Source of the DNA: an uncultured Ruminococcus sp.
GTDB lineage: Bacteria; Bacillota; Clostridia; Oscillospirales; CAG-272
DNA: 43,278 nucleotides
NCBI GenBank assembly: GCA_902783705.1
Contig: CACZSA010000341.1
Coordinates: 1-43,278 of the forward strand
Direction of reading: 5' to 3'
The notes beneath the pieces were generated by a model. The model was not told the origin of the DNA. It made no database searches and saw nothing but the letters and a program-made list of their open reading frames with translations. The position numbers and the translations under genes are program-made. Positions 34,800 through 43,278 of the stretch are shown one piece after another; position 1 is the stretch's first letter, and each line of letters opens with the position of its first letter.

Positions 34800-37211
34800 T
34801 CAGTCGCGCGGGAAATAATCGGGGATGTTCTCGCCCTCGAGCAGGTCGCGGATGAGCTCGCGCTGGGTCCGAGCGATCGGCGCGACGAGGAAGACGCACG
34901 AGGTGGCCTCGACGGAGAGCTGCACGCGCGTGTAGACCTCCCCGCGGATCTTCACGAGCTCGGAGGCGGCCCGGCGGATCTTTCCGTTCATCGGGTTCCA
35001 TTCCTCGGGCTGCATCCTTCCGCGCAGGAGCACATGTCCGTTGTAGTCCTTCCCCGTCGTGTTCGAGAAGAAATAGATGTCGCATCCGGCATAGCGCTTG
35101 TGCAGGGCGTTCATGGAGCATCCGCGCGCGAGCCGCTTGTCGATGCCGATCTTCATGAAGTCCGGCAGATGCTGGTTGACGACGCCGAGGAATTCGACGC
35201 GCGGCCTCTTCTCGATCAGGACGTCGACGGAGATGCCGAAATTGCGCACGGCCTGCAAGAGGATATCCGCCGCAACCGTGTCCGTACCGTCGATGCAGGT
35301 CTTGTTCGCCGGGAGGAAGTACGCGATGCCGCCGTTTTCGTTTTCACTCTTATAATAGCTGCGGATGATATGCGGGTCGTACACCTGCTCGCCGAAAATC
35401 GAGCAGATCAGAGCGCGGACCTCTTCGTCCTCGGTGCTGTCCTCCTTCAGGGAGCGGTTGACCTCGGGCGTCGTCTCAGAGCACTCGAAGGCGTACTTCG
35501 GGAGGGCGTCGGTCGCGAGGATCTTGCCGCCGTCGTCAAAGAACTTCTTGATGACGCGCAGGGTCTTCAGGCTGATGAGCGACATGGACGGGAGTACGAG
35601 GAGCTTGAGCTTCATCGCGCCGTGCTCGCCGGGGAGATAGAGGAATCCGTTCTCCGAGAACGCGCGCTCCGCCATGACGTCCGGATGCAGGAACATGGTG
35701 TCGATGCCGACGTAGTTGAGGAAATTGTTCATCAGCTCCATGTAGTCGGCGTTCTCCGGCGTCGAGGGGTATTCGAATTCCACATTGTTCGACTGATAGA
35801 GCGCGACATAGGAGTGGAGCGAATGGATCGGGTAGACGATCGCCGCCTCGCAGACGTGTTCCCCGCCGCGAAGGAGGGTCTGCACCCGCGTGACGTAGGA
35901 GGCGAAATCCGTGAGGTCGTCGCCCTTCGAGAAGATCGAGCCCCAGCCGGTGCCGTCGTTCTCGACGATATCGGTCTTTTCCGTCCGGTCCTCGCCGAGG
36001 TGCGCGAAGGTCATGTTCACCCCGCGGACGAAGGCATTCATCGATTCGCGGTAGATGATATCCTTCGTCAGGGTGCTGAAATACTTGAAGAGATCCGCCG
36101 TGACGGTGTCGGCTCCGAACTGATCCGCCGCGCCGGAGGCCACCTTGATGCCGTTGAGGCCGTAGAGATACGCGAACGGCAGGGAGATGCCGGGTGCGGA
36201 GGCATAGCGGTGCAGCATCTGTCCGTCGCCGAAGAGCCACGAGCAGAACGTCGCCTTGCTCTCCGCCGGGAATCCGGTGCAGAAGAGCCCGCGTGCCTGA
36301 CAGAAATCGGAGGCCGCCTTGACGTAGCCGTCCGCCAGCATCTTCGCGCGCATGGTCATCATGAGGGACTTGTACCGCCCGGAGTGACCGGGGAATCCGC
36401 GGAAGAGGAGCGGATAATACGGCGCGGGATCAAATCCGTATGCCTCCCGGAACGCGCGGTTGAAATCCGGGTGCCACATGCGGCGGTTCCGTCCGGCATA
36501 GAGGATGTTCCGCGCCACAAAGAGGCCGAAGACCTCCTCCCCGCCGTCCGTGCGCTCGTGCAGACGGTCGAGAAGCACGCCCGCCGTGCGTTTCAGATAG
36601 TCCGACGAGGCGCGGTAATCCATCAGGTCGATGTAGTGCGCGTCCGGGTCGGGCTCGCAGACGAATTCCATCACGTTCCAGTTCCCCGCCGGGACCTTCC
36701 ATTCGACCGAACCGTCCGTGACGAACTCCCGCAGATCGGTGATCGTGAGGTCGTCGTCGTTCACGGCGCAGATCGACATGAGCGCGCCCGTGAGGTGCAG
36801 CTTTTTCTTGAAGGTCGTGTTCTCCGAGCAGGCGTATTCGTATTCCGAGAGGATCCGGCATCCGGCTTCCTCGTCCGGGGAGAGGGTTTTGAGGTACTCC
36901 CGCATGACGTAGGTGTCGTCGAGATAGCCGAGGGTGAGATCGTTTGCCTCCGCCTGCCTGACGATCATGGCGAAGACGTCCTCGATCTCCTCGGAGAGGG
37001 GACGCAGGGCGAAGTTCTTGTTCGAGAACGGGATCACCCCGCAGAAGCCGGATTTTCGGTATCCCGCGAAGAGCCGGGCGATCCGTTCCTCCCGGTCGAG
37101 TCCGCCCTTTGTGTCGAGCGGCAGGTAGATATAGGGGCTGAGCGCGCTTCTCCCGCCGAGGAATGCCTTTTTCAGCGCTGCGGGATCGGCTGCCGCGATG
37201 CGTTCTGTCAT
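34800..37211 (-). CDS. large hypothetical protein, glycoside-hydrolase-like (jelly-roll C-terminus suspected)
   Basis: 803 aa. GGAGG SD. The C-terminal pattern IYFFSNTTG...VLLRG...EEWNPMNG...SCVFLV resembles the tails of large glycosidases. No catalytic motif identified. Confidence 0.5.
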   Translation of the reverse strand: MTERIAAADPAALKKAFLGGRSALSPYIYLPLDTKGGLDREERIARLFAGYRKSGFCGVIPFSNKNFALRPLSEEIEDVFAMIVRQAEANDLTLGYLDDTYVMREYLKTLSPDEEAGCRILSEYEYACSENTTFKKKLHLTGALMSICAVNDDDLTITDLREFVTDGSVEWKVPAGNWNVMEFVCEPDPDAHYIDLMDYRASSDYLKRTAGVLLDRLHERTDGGEEVFGLFVARNILYAGRNRRMWHPDFNRAFREAYGFDPAPYYPLLFRGFPGHSGRYKSLMMTMRAKMLADGYVKAASDFCQARGLFCTGFPAESKATFCSWLFGDGQMLHRYASAPGISLPFAYLYGLNGIKVASGAADQFGADTVTADLFKYFSTLTKDIIYRESMNAFVRGVNMTFAHLGEDRTEKTDIVENDGTGWGSIFSKGDDLTDFASYVTRVQTLLRGGEHVCEAAIVYPIHSLHSYVALYQSNNVEFEYPSTPENADYMELMNNFLNYVGIDTMFLHPDVMAERAFSENGFLYLPGEHGAMKLKLLVLPSMSLISLKTLRVIKKFFDDGGKILATDALPKYAFECSETTPEVNRSLKEDSTEDEEVRALICSIFGEQVYDPHIIRSYYKSENENGGIAYFLPANKTCIDGTDTVAADILLQAVRNFGISVDVLIEKRPRVEFLGVVNQHLPDFMKIGIDKRLARGCSMNALHKRYAGCDIYFFSNTTGKDYNGHVLLRGRMQPEEWNPMNGKIRRAASELVKIRGEVYTRVQLSVEATSCVFLVAPIARTQRELIRDLLEGENIPDYFPRD

Positions 37212-37242
37212 CCGATGCCTCCGGGTCAGGTCAGTTTTTTTT

Positions 37243-37253
37243 ATTATAGCACA
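37243..37253 (-). promoter_or_regulatory. TGTGCTATAAT promoter box
   Basis: Revcomp of attatagcaca, ~32 nt upstream of ATG 37211. Confidence 0.5.
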
Positions 37254-37336
37254 ACGTGCGCGATTTGTTAAGTATCCGGCAGGAAAAATATAAAATTAAA
37301 TCGCCGCCCGACAATTTAGAAATTTTTGCGAATATC

Positions 37337-37365
37337 TTGACATACAGGACAAAAACGGCTATAAT
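37337..37365 (+). promoter_or_regulatory. consensus sigma-A promoter of the ABC operon
   Basis: TTGACA (37337-37342), 17 nt, TATAAT (37360-37365). Confidence 0.7.
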
Positions 37366-37435
37366 GGATGAGGCTGTGTCCGGACGTTTTCCTTCTCCGG
37401 CCTGCCATGACCCTCGCAAAAAGGAGATTCACGCT

Positions 37436-39760
37436 ATGACGGAAAACAAGTGGTACTTTGACCCCGGGAATCCCGCCGCCCTGCCCGACGACATCGTGCC
37501 CGTCCTCGACGAAAAAGGCATCCCGCGGGAGCATATTCTTCTCTGCGTCCGCTCCGACCGCAACGCCGAAATGGTGCGCTCCGACTGCTATCTGCTCGCT
37601 ACGGCGGACGAGATCATCGTCCTCTCCGGCTCGGTCTCGCTGATGCGCGCGCCGCACACGACGATCTTCACGCGCAAGAATCGGCTCATGCGGGTGTTTG
37701 AGACGCTCACATGGGACGTATGGCCTCTTGACACCCTCGAAGAATTCAAGGTCGAGGAGCAGATCGCGTCGGCCCGCTTCACCGCGAAGACGAAGGACGG
37801 CGACTACCTGCTGCTCGCGAACCTTTCCAATACATATAAATCCGACTTCTGGACGGCGTCTCGCTTCCTCGGCGAGCTGAAAAAGGACGGGAAGATCACC
37901 CCGGACAAGGAAAGCCACCGCGCGCACGACGAAATGTTCTGCCCGAAATGCGGCACGCGCTATATCGACGAGGAGCGCAAGCTCTGCCCGAAGTGCATGG
38001 ACAAGAGCCGCATCATCCGCCGGACCTCGGAATTCGTGCTGAAATATAAAAAGGAAATCGCCCTCCTGATCCTGATGCTCGTGCTGACGAGCGGTCTCGG
38101 GATCCTTGCGTCGTACATCTCCTCGGGCTTCTACTACGATCAGGTGCTCGACAGGACCGGGCGTTTCTACGGACAGGTCCTGCTCGTGCTCGGCATCATC
38201 ATCGGGACGCGGCTCCTCAATACCCTCTTCTCGGTGTTTCACAGCCTCGTGACGACGACGATCGCGGCGAATGTCATCTACGACCTCAAGAAGGTCATCT
38301 TCTCCTCGATCGAGCGGCTCTCGCTCTCCTTCTTCACGAACCGGCAGACGGGCGGACTCATGACCCAGGTCACGCGCGACGCGAACACGATCTACTGGTT
38401 TTTCTGCGACGGCGTTCCGTACTACGTCGTGAACATCGTGCAGATCGCCGTGATTCTGGTGATCATGCTCATCATGAATCCGCTGCTGACCCTTCTGTCC
38501 GTTCTGACGGTGCCGCTTCTCTTCTTCGGGATGCGGTTCCTGTTCCAGAAGATGGACAAGTTCCACATCAAGCGCTGGACCCGCGTGCGGAAGATGAACG
38601 GGATCCTCTCGGACATCCTCTCCGGCATGCGCGTCGTCAAGGCGTTCTCGAAGGAAAAGGCGGAGACCGCGCGCTTCGACCGGAGCAGCCGGGACCTCAT
38701 GTCGGCGGAGATCGAGACCTCAACCTTCGGCACTGTCGCCTTCCCGATCCTTGATCTGCTCTTCCTCATCAGCAATCTCACGGTCCTCGGCGCGGGCGGC
38801 TGGATGGTCATTCAGGGAAAGATGACCTACGGCGTGCTCCTCACCTTCACGGCCTACATGAATATGATCCTCTCCCCGCTCGGCTCCTTCGTCGGCATGG
38901 TCTATGAATTCACGGACAGCCTCAACGCGATGAGCCGTCTTGTGGAGATCATGGACGCGAAGCCCGATGTCATGGAATCCGAACATCCCGTGCACCTCGA
39001 AAAATGCGACGGGCGGGTCGAATTCTCCGGCGTGGACTTCTCCTACGAGAAGAACCGCAAGGTCATCGACGGCGTGAGCTTCACGGTTGAACCGGGCGAG
39101 GCGCTCGGCATCGTCGGACACACGGGCGCGGGCAAATCGACGCTCGCGAACCTGCTCATCCGTCTGTACGACACCGAGAACGGCGAGATCCGGATCGACG
39201 GCGTGAACGTGCGCGATCTCGCCTACGACGATCTGCGCCGGAACGTGGCGATTGTGTCGCAGGAGACCTACCTCTTCATGGGGACGATCCTCGACAACAT
39301 CCGCTACGCCAAGCCCGAGGCCACCGAGGAGGAGGTCATCGAGGCCGCCAAGATCGCGGGCGCGCACGACTTCATCATCAACCTCCCCGACGCCTACTCC
39401 ACGATGATCGGCTTCGGGCATAAGGATCTCTCCGGCGGCGAGCGTCAGCGGGTGTCCATCGCCCGCGCGATCCTGCGCAACCCGAAGATCCTGATCCTCG
39501 ACGAAGCGACCGCCGCCATGGACACGGAGACCGAGCGGAAGATCCAGACCGCGCTCGAACGTCTCTCCGTGGGCCGCACGACGATCACGATCGCGCATCG
39601 GCTCTCGACGCTCCGCGACGCGGACAAGCTCATTGTCATTGAAAACGGCAAGGTCCCCGAGGCCGGAACGCATCAGGAGCTCCTCCAGAAGCGCGGCATC
39701 TATTATAATCTTTACAAGCTCCAGATGGAAGCCATGAAGAACATCGGCATCGAAGAATAA
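37436..39760 (+). CDS. ABC half-transporter (type-I exporter TMD plus NBD) with a ~200-aa cytoplasmic N-terminal extension ending in a zinc ribbon
   Basis: Start at ATG 37436 (AAAGGAG SD; the promoter lies inside the track extension). CPKC-N11-CPKC at residues 169-187. Six-TM-type domain. Walker A GHTGAGKST, signature LSGGERQRV, Walker B ILILDEAT and H-loop IAHRLST. Confidence 0.85.
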   Translation: MTENKWYFDPGNPAALPDDIVPVLDEKGIPREHILLCVRSDRNAEMVRSDCYLLATADEIIVLSGSVSLMRAPHTTIFTRKNRLMRVFETLTWDVWPLDTLEEFKVEEQIASARFTAKTKDGDYLLLANLSNTYKSDFWTASRFLGELKKDGKITPDKESHRAHDEMFCPKCGTRYIDEERKLCPKCMDKSRIIRRTSEFVLKYKKEIALLILMLVLTSGLGILASYISSGFYYDQVLDRTGRFYGQVLLVLGIIIGTRLLNTLFSVFHSLVTTTIAANVIYDLKKVIFSSIERLSLSFFTNRQTGGLMTQVTRDANTIYWFFCDGVPYYVVNIVQIAVILVIMLIMNPLLTLLSVLTVPLLFFGMRFLFQKMDKFHIKRWTRVRKMNGILSDILSGMRVVKAFSKEKAETARFDRSSRDLMSAEIETSTFGTVAFPILDLLFLISNLTVLGAGGWMVIQGKMTYGVLLTFTAYMNMILSPLGSFVGMVYEFTDSLNAMSRLVEIMDAKPDVMESEHPVHLEKCDGRVEFSGVDFSYEKNRKVIDGVSFTVEPGEALGIVGHTGAGKSTLANLLIRLYDTENGEIRIDGVNVRDLAYDDLRRNVAIVSQETYLFMGTILDNIRYAKPEATEEEVIEAAKIAGAHDFIINLPDAYSTMIGFGHKDLSGGERQRVSIARAILRNPKILILDEATAAMDTETERKIQTALERLSVGRTTITIAHRLSTLRDADKLIVIENGKVPEAGTHQELLQKRGIYYNLYKLQMEAMKNIGIEE

Positions 39761-39772
39761 ACGGAGGCGGAA

Positions 39773-40324
39773 ATGGCTGACAAGATGAACGAAGCGGCGA
39801 CCCTCAAAGAGGTCGTCACCGTGCGATACATCACCAAGGACAACGCAAAATTCGAAAAGCAGAGCGATTTTGTGAAGATGACGGTCCGGTTCCCGAATGA
39901 AGAAGGCGTCGAAGAGGAAACGGTCTACGACCGCATTTTCCTGCACCGGGCCTTCCCCTTCGATTTTCCCTACGAATACATTTCGGTGCTCGACAGCGAT
40001 TCGAAGGAGATCGGGATCATCAAGGAGATCGACGGACTCGGAGAAGAAGCGGCGAAGCTGCTCCGCGACGAGCTCGACCGGAAGTACTTCACCCCGGTGA
40101 TCCGGCAGATCCTCTCGGTCAAGGACAAGTTTGGGTATTCCTACTGGAAGGTCCTCACCGACGAGGGCGAGATGGAGTTCACCATGCGCGACACGTTCTC
40201 GAACCTCCTCAAGGTCGGCGGGACGCGCATCTTCGCCAACGACATCGACGGCAACCGCTACGAGATCCCCGACATTGAAAAGCTCGACCGCAAGAGCTTC
40301 AAGCGGATCGAACTCTTCCTGTGA
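39773..40324 (+). CDS. soluble DUF1854-like protein
   Basis: 183 aa with no TM segment. Motifs FLHRAFPF, YISVLD, RKYFTPVI, GYSYWKV and DGNRYEIPD match my recollection of DUF1854. It starts 12 nt after the upstream stop, with a GGAGG SD. Confidence 0.7.
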   Translation: MADKMNEAATLKEVVTVRYITKDNAKFEKQSDFVKMTVRFPNEEGVEEETVYDRIFLHRAFPFDFPYEYISVLDSDSKEIGIIKEIDGLGEEAAKLLRDELDRKYFTPVIRQILSVKDKFGYSYWKVLTDEGEMEFTMRDTFSNLLKVGGTRIFANDIDGNRYEIPDIEKLDRKSFKRIELFL

Positions 40325-40345
40325 TCCGACGGAAGGGAGTACGCC

Positions 40346-42571
40346 ATGGAGAACAGAACGACCCTCACGGAGCGGATCCTCGCGCTGGACAAGACGCTGT
40401 CCCCCGACGAGATCCTCCTCCCCATCGATTATAACCTCACCCCCACCGCCATCCGCCGCCGCGTGGACGGGATCGCCCTCCTCGCGAAGGATCGCCTCCT
40501 CGTCTGGGCGGACGGAAAACAGACCGCGTCCGTGCCGCTCTCCGACGTCGCCGAGGTCGTCTTCCGGCGCGGAAACGGCTGCTGCTTCATCGAATACCGT
40601 CTGAAGAGCGGCGAATGGCACATCCTCTGCCGCGCGGACAATCAGTTCCTCGATTTCTACGCCGCGGCGGCCCGCGAGATCTCCAACTATCTCGAGGGCA
40701 AGGAGATCAGCTACGAATACGAAAAAGAGATCGACCGACGATGCCCGAAGTGCCACCGCCAGTACCGTCCGGGCTCGAACGTCTGCGAGCACTGCGTCGA
40801 CAAGAAGAACTACATCGGGCGGCTCTGGAAGATCGCGAAGCCCTATCATCCCCTGATCTACCTCTCCGTCGTCTTCTATTTTATCATCGCGCTCGTCAAC
40901 CTCGTCCCGCCGTACATCAACCGCATCCTGGTCGACGACTACATCAAGGCGGCCGAGATGCCGAAGCTTGCCGGATATCTCACGGTCATCGCCCTGCTCT
41001 TCGCTGTGAACATCGTGCAGAAGCTCCTCTCGATGATCCGCAGCGTCCTGCTCATCCGGGCGGGCAACAACATCACGGCGACCCTGCGCGAGCTCGTCTT
41101 CGACAAGATCCAGAAGATGTCCATCGCGCGTATCTCAAAGCGCACCTCCGGCGAGCTCATGAACCGCGTCTCGAACGACACGTCGGAGCTCTCCCGCTTC
41201 ATCTCGAATGACTTCGGCGCGATGGCGGAGCAGATCCTGATCCTGCTCGCCGTCGGCATCTACCTCTTCTCGTACGACTGGCGGCTCGCGCTCATGATCA
41301 TCCTCCCGACGCCGATCGTCATGTACAGCTACCGGCTGTTTCACAGCTTCATGCGGCATGTGTTCCACCGCAGCTGGCAGCTCGATTCCCGCGAGAATTC
41401 CATTCTGCACGACACCTTTTCCGGCATCCGCGTCGTCAAGGCGTTCGGCATGGAGAAGCGCGAGATCGAACGGTTTGACAAGGTCTCCCGCGACCTGCGC
41501 GACACGCGGATCCTCACGGAACACTTCTTCGCGAAGATCCAGCCGTTTCTGAACTTCCTCATGGGCGTCGGTGAGTACTTCCTGCTCTACTACGTCGGCA
41601 ACCGGATCATCGGCGGCACGATGACGCTCGGCGAGATGAGCCAGTTCTCCGCGTACGTCGGCATCATCTACGGCCCTCTGCGCTGGCTGTCGTGGCTCCC
41701 GCGCCGTCTCACCCGGACGATGACCTCGATCGTGAAGATCTTCGATGTCATCGACGAAGGCGAGGATGTCGCAGACCGCGCGGACGCCGTCGACCACAAG
41801 ATCGACGGGACGATCACCTTCGAGGACGTCTCCTTCGGGTATGACAAGACGCAGTACGTTCTTAAGCACATTAACGCGGAGATCAAGCCGGGCGAGATGG
41901 TCGGCATCGTCGGCAAGTCCGGCGTCGGCAAATCCACGCTCATCAACCTCGTCATGCGCATGTACGACGTCTCGGAGGGCGCGATCCGCATCGACGGCAT
42001 CGATATCCGCGACATTTCGCAGGATTCCCTGCGCTCGCAGATCGGCGTCGTGCTTCAGGAGACCTTCCTCTTCTCCGGTACGATCTACGACAACATCGCC
42101 TACGCCAAACCGGACGCGACCCGCGACGAGGTCATCACGGCGGCAAAGGCGGCAGGCGCGCACAGCTTTATCATGAAGCTCCCGAACGCCTACAACACCA
42201 AGGTCGGCGAAAAGGGACACACCCTGTCCGGCGGCGAACGTCAGCGTGTGGCGATCGCGCGGGCGCTGCTGCATAATCCGCGCATCCTGATCCTCGACGA
42301 GGCGACGGCGTCGCTTGACACCGAAACCGAGAAGCAGATCCAGGACGCCCTCCAGAAGCTCATCGCGGACCGCACGACCCTCGCCATCGCGCACCGTCTC
42401 TCCACGCTCCGCAACGCGACGAAGATCCTTGTGCTCGACAAGGGCGAGGTCGCGGAGATCGGCACGCACGAGGAGCTGATGCGGAAGCAGGGCATCTACT
42501 ACGGCCTCGTCATGGCCCAGCGCCAGATGTCCAAGATGCCCGCGAAGAACCAGATCAAGCCCGCCTCGTGA
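40346..42571 (+). CDS. ABC half-transporter paralogue with a ~165-aa N-terminal extension ending in a zinc ribbon
   Basis: 741 aa. CPKC-N10-CEHC at residues 133-150. Walker A GKSGVGKST, LSGGERQRV, ILILDEAT and IAHRLST. Confidence 0.85.
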   Translation: MENRTTLTERILALDKTLSPDEILLPIDYNLTPTAIRRRVDGIALLAKDRLLVWADGKQTASVPLSDVAEVVFRRGNGCCFIEYRLKSGEWHILCRADNQFLDFYAAAAREISNYLEGKEISYEYEKEIDRRCPKCHRQYRPGSNVCEHCVDKKNYIGRLWKIAKPYHPLIYLSVVFYFIIALVNLVPPYINRILVDDYIKAAEMPKLAGYLTVIALLFAVNIVQKLLSMIRSVLLIRAGNNITATLRELVFDKIQKMSIARISKRTSGELMNRVSNDTSELSRFISNDFGAMAEQILILLAVGIYLFSYDWRLALMIILPTPIVMYSYRLFHSFMRHVFHRSWQLDSRENSILHDTFSGIRVVKAFGMEKREIERFDKVSRDLRDTRILTEHFFAKIQPFLNFLMGVGEYFLLYYVGNRIIGGTMTLGEMSQFSAYVGIIYGPLRWLSWLPRRLTRTMTSIVKIFDVIDEGEDVADRADAVDHKIDGTITFEDVSFGYDKTQYVLKHINAEIKPGEMVGIVGKSGVGKSTLINLVMRMYDVSEGAIRIDGIDIRDISQDSLRSQIGVVLQETFLFSGTIYDNIAYAKPDATRDEVITAAKAAGAHSFIMKLPNAYNTKVGEKGHTLSGGERQRVAIARALLHNPRILILDEATASLDTETEKQIQDALQKLIADRTTLAIAHRLSTLRNATKILVLDKGEVAEIGTHEELMRKQGIYYGLVMAQRQMSKMPAKNQIKPAS

Positions 42572-42710
42572 GAAAAACTGCACTCGTGAGCTTGGCAATT
42601 TTCTGAAATAGCCCCCGAAGGTTTCCAAAGGGCGACCGGAAAGCCCTTTGGGCAAACGGGACCGGGAATCAGTATTGAAAATCGCCTAATATACGAAGCA
42701 ATTTAAAAAA

Positions 42711-42755
42711 CCGAGGAACAGAGCAGTTCGTGAGCCGCTCATTCCCCGGTTTTTT
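42711..42755 (+). terminator. terminator of the ABC operon
   Basis: CCGAGGAA...TTCCCCGG with an inner GAGC/GCTC, followed by TTTTTT. An A6 run lies upstream. Confidence 0.6.
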
Positions 42756-42761
42756 GAGTGC

Positions 42762-42787
42762 AAAAAACAGCCGGAACTGAATCCGGC
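42762..42787 (-). terminator. terminator of the 42798 gene
   Basis: Minus strand: GCCGG-ATTCAGTT-CCGGC followed by TGTTTTTTG. Confidence 0.65.
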
Positions 42788-42797
42788 CGTTCGTCTG

Positions 42798-43121
42798 TCA
42801 CGCGTTCAGATACCGCTCAAGCCACGTCACGCCGAGGTCAAGCGCATCGTTCATTCCGCTCTTCATGCTGTCCTTCACCACACGGGCGTTCAGGGGCTTC
42901 GAGGTGTCGGTGCTCAGCAGCTGCACGTAAATCTGATCGGGAACCTTCTTTCCGCGGAATTCCTTCTCCGTCATCACGATCATCTGGATCACGTAGGGAT
43001 CGGAAAGGTTTCCGTAGCAAATGATATTGTCTTCGCGCACGAGGGGGCGGTTCCGGTACAGCATGTAGTTCCCGTCCACCGTCGACGTGACGTCTTTTCT
43101 GTCAACAGTCCATTCAGCCAT
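42798..43121 (-). CDS. hypothetical protein (107 aa)
   Basis: Clean ORF with its own terminator and -10 box. I recognise no motif. Confidence 0.6.
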   Translation of the reverse strand: MAEWTVDRKDVTSTVDGNYMLYRNRPLVREDNIICYGNLSDPYVIQMIVMTEKEFRGKKVPDQIYVQLLSTDTSKPLNARVVKDSMKSGMNDALDLGVTWLERYLNA

Positions 43122-43162
43122 TGTTCGGGTGTCCTTTCTTCATACAATTCAGGTAGTATTTT

Positions 43163-43171
43163 ATTATACTA
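43163..43171 (-). promoter_or_regulatory. -10 box (AGTATAAT)
   Basis: Revcomp of attatact, ~45 nt upstream of ATG 43121. Coordinates are +/-1. Confidence 0.35.
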
Positions 43172-43207
43172 CAAAAAGCGCCCGAAGTCAATATGGTTTA
43201 TGAAATA

Positions 43208-43278
43208 TTAATGAAGACGGCGAAGAACTTTCAGAATTCGTTCAACATCCTCCTCCGTGCTGAACGCGGAGAAGCTGA
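43208..43278 (-). CDS. 3' end of a gene entering from the right edge; the tail resembles class-V aminotransferase/cysteine desulfurase C-termini
   Basis: Minus-strand reading ...SFSAFSTEEDVERILKVLRRLH then TAA (43210-43208). Only 23 codons are visible. Confidence 0.35.
   Translation of the reverse strand, partial: SFSAFSTEEDVERILKVLRRLH

Noticed and set aside
42625-42651. Perfect 9-bp hairpin CCAAAGGGC-N9-GCCCTTTGG just after the ABC operon stop.
   Set aside because: No U-tract follows it, I found no second copy in the window, and the real terminator lies 60 nt further on. It is probably just a stabilising 3' hairpin.

Overview
43.3-kb chromosomal segment of a high-GC, spore-forming Firmicute, judged Clostridia-like from gene content (spoIIID, SpoVB-like flippase, PFOR, ECF S-component). 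I call 41 protein genes, 35 of them on the minus strand, plus one tRNA-Glu(CUC). I see no rRNA, CRISPR array, transposase, integrase or phage genes. Most genes are housekeeping: typA, tsaD-rimI, DnaD/DnaC-like loaders, dCMP deaminase, pgi, galE-galM, a D-Ala-D-Ala carboxypeptidase and a MoxR-DUF58 module. Many long ORFs in the track are antisense artefacts of the high GC content. Several track ORFs have spurious N-terminal extensions, which I trimmed using SD sequences and -10 boxes. The items most worth follow-up: (1) a tight three-gene operon with two ABC half-transporters, each carrying a long cytoplasmic N-terminal extension ending in a zinc ribbon, around a small soluble DUF1854-like protein. 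(2) An orphan ~170-nt intergenic element with a tRNA-like T-arm and D-loop, a UUCG hairpin and a long-range closing helix; it is neither a tRNA nor a tmRNA. (3) An ECF-type sigma factor fused in frame to a ~250-aa domain that keeps its own SD and ATG. (4) An AT-rich ECF S-component gene flanked by 18-bp perfect inverted repeats, behind a ~185-nt structured leader. (5) A 23-Cys orphan protein next to a minimal P-loop ATPase, sharing a palindromic upstream 12-mer with a tiny membrane-peptide gene 21 kb away. All functional assignments come from motif recognition by eye; no searches were run.
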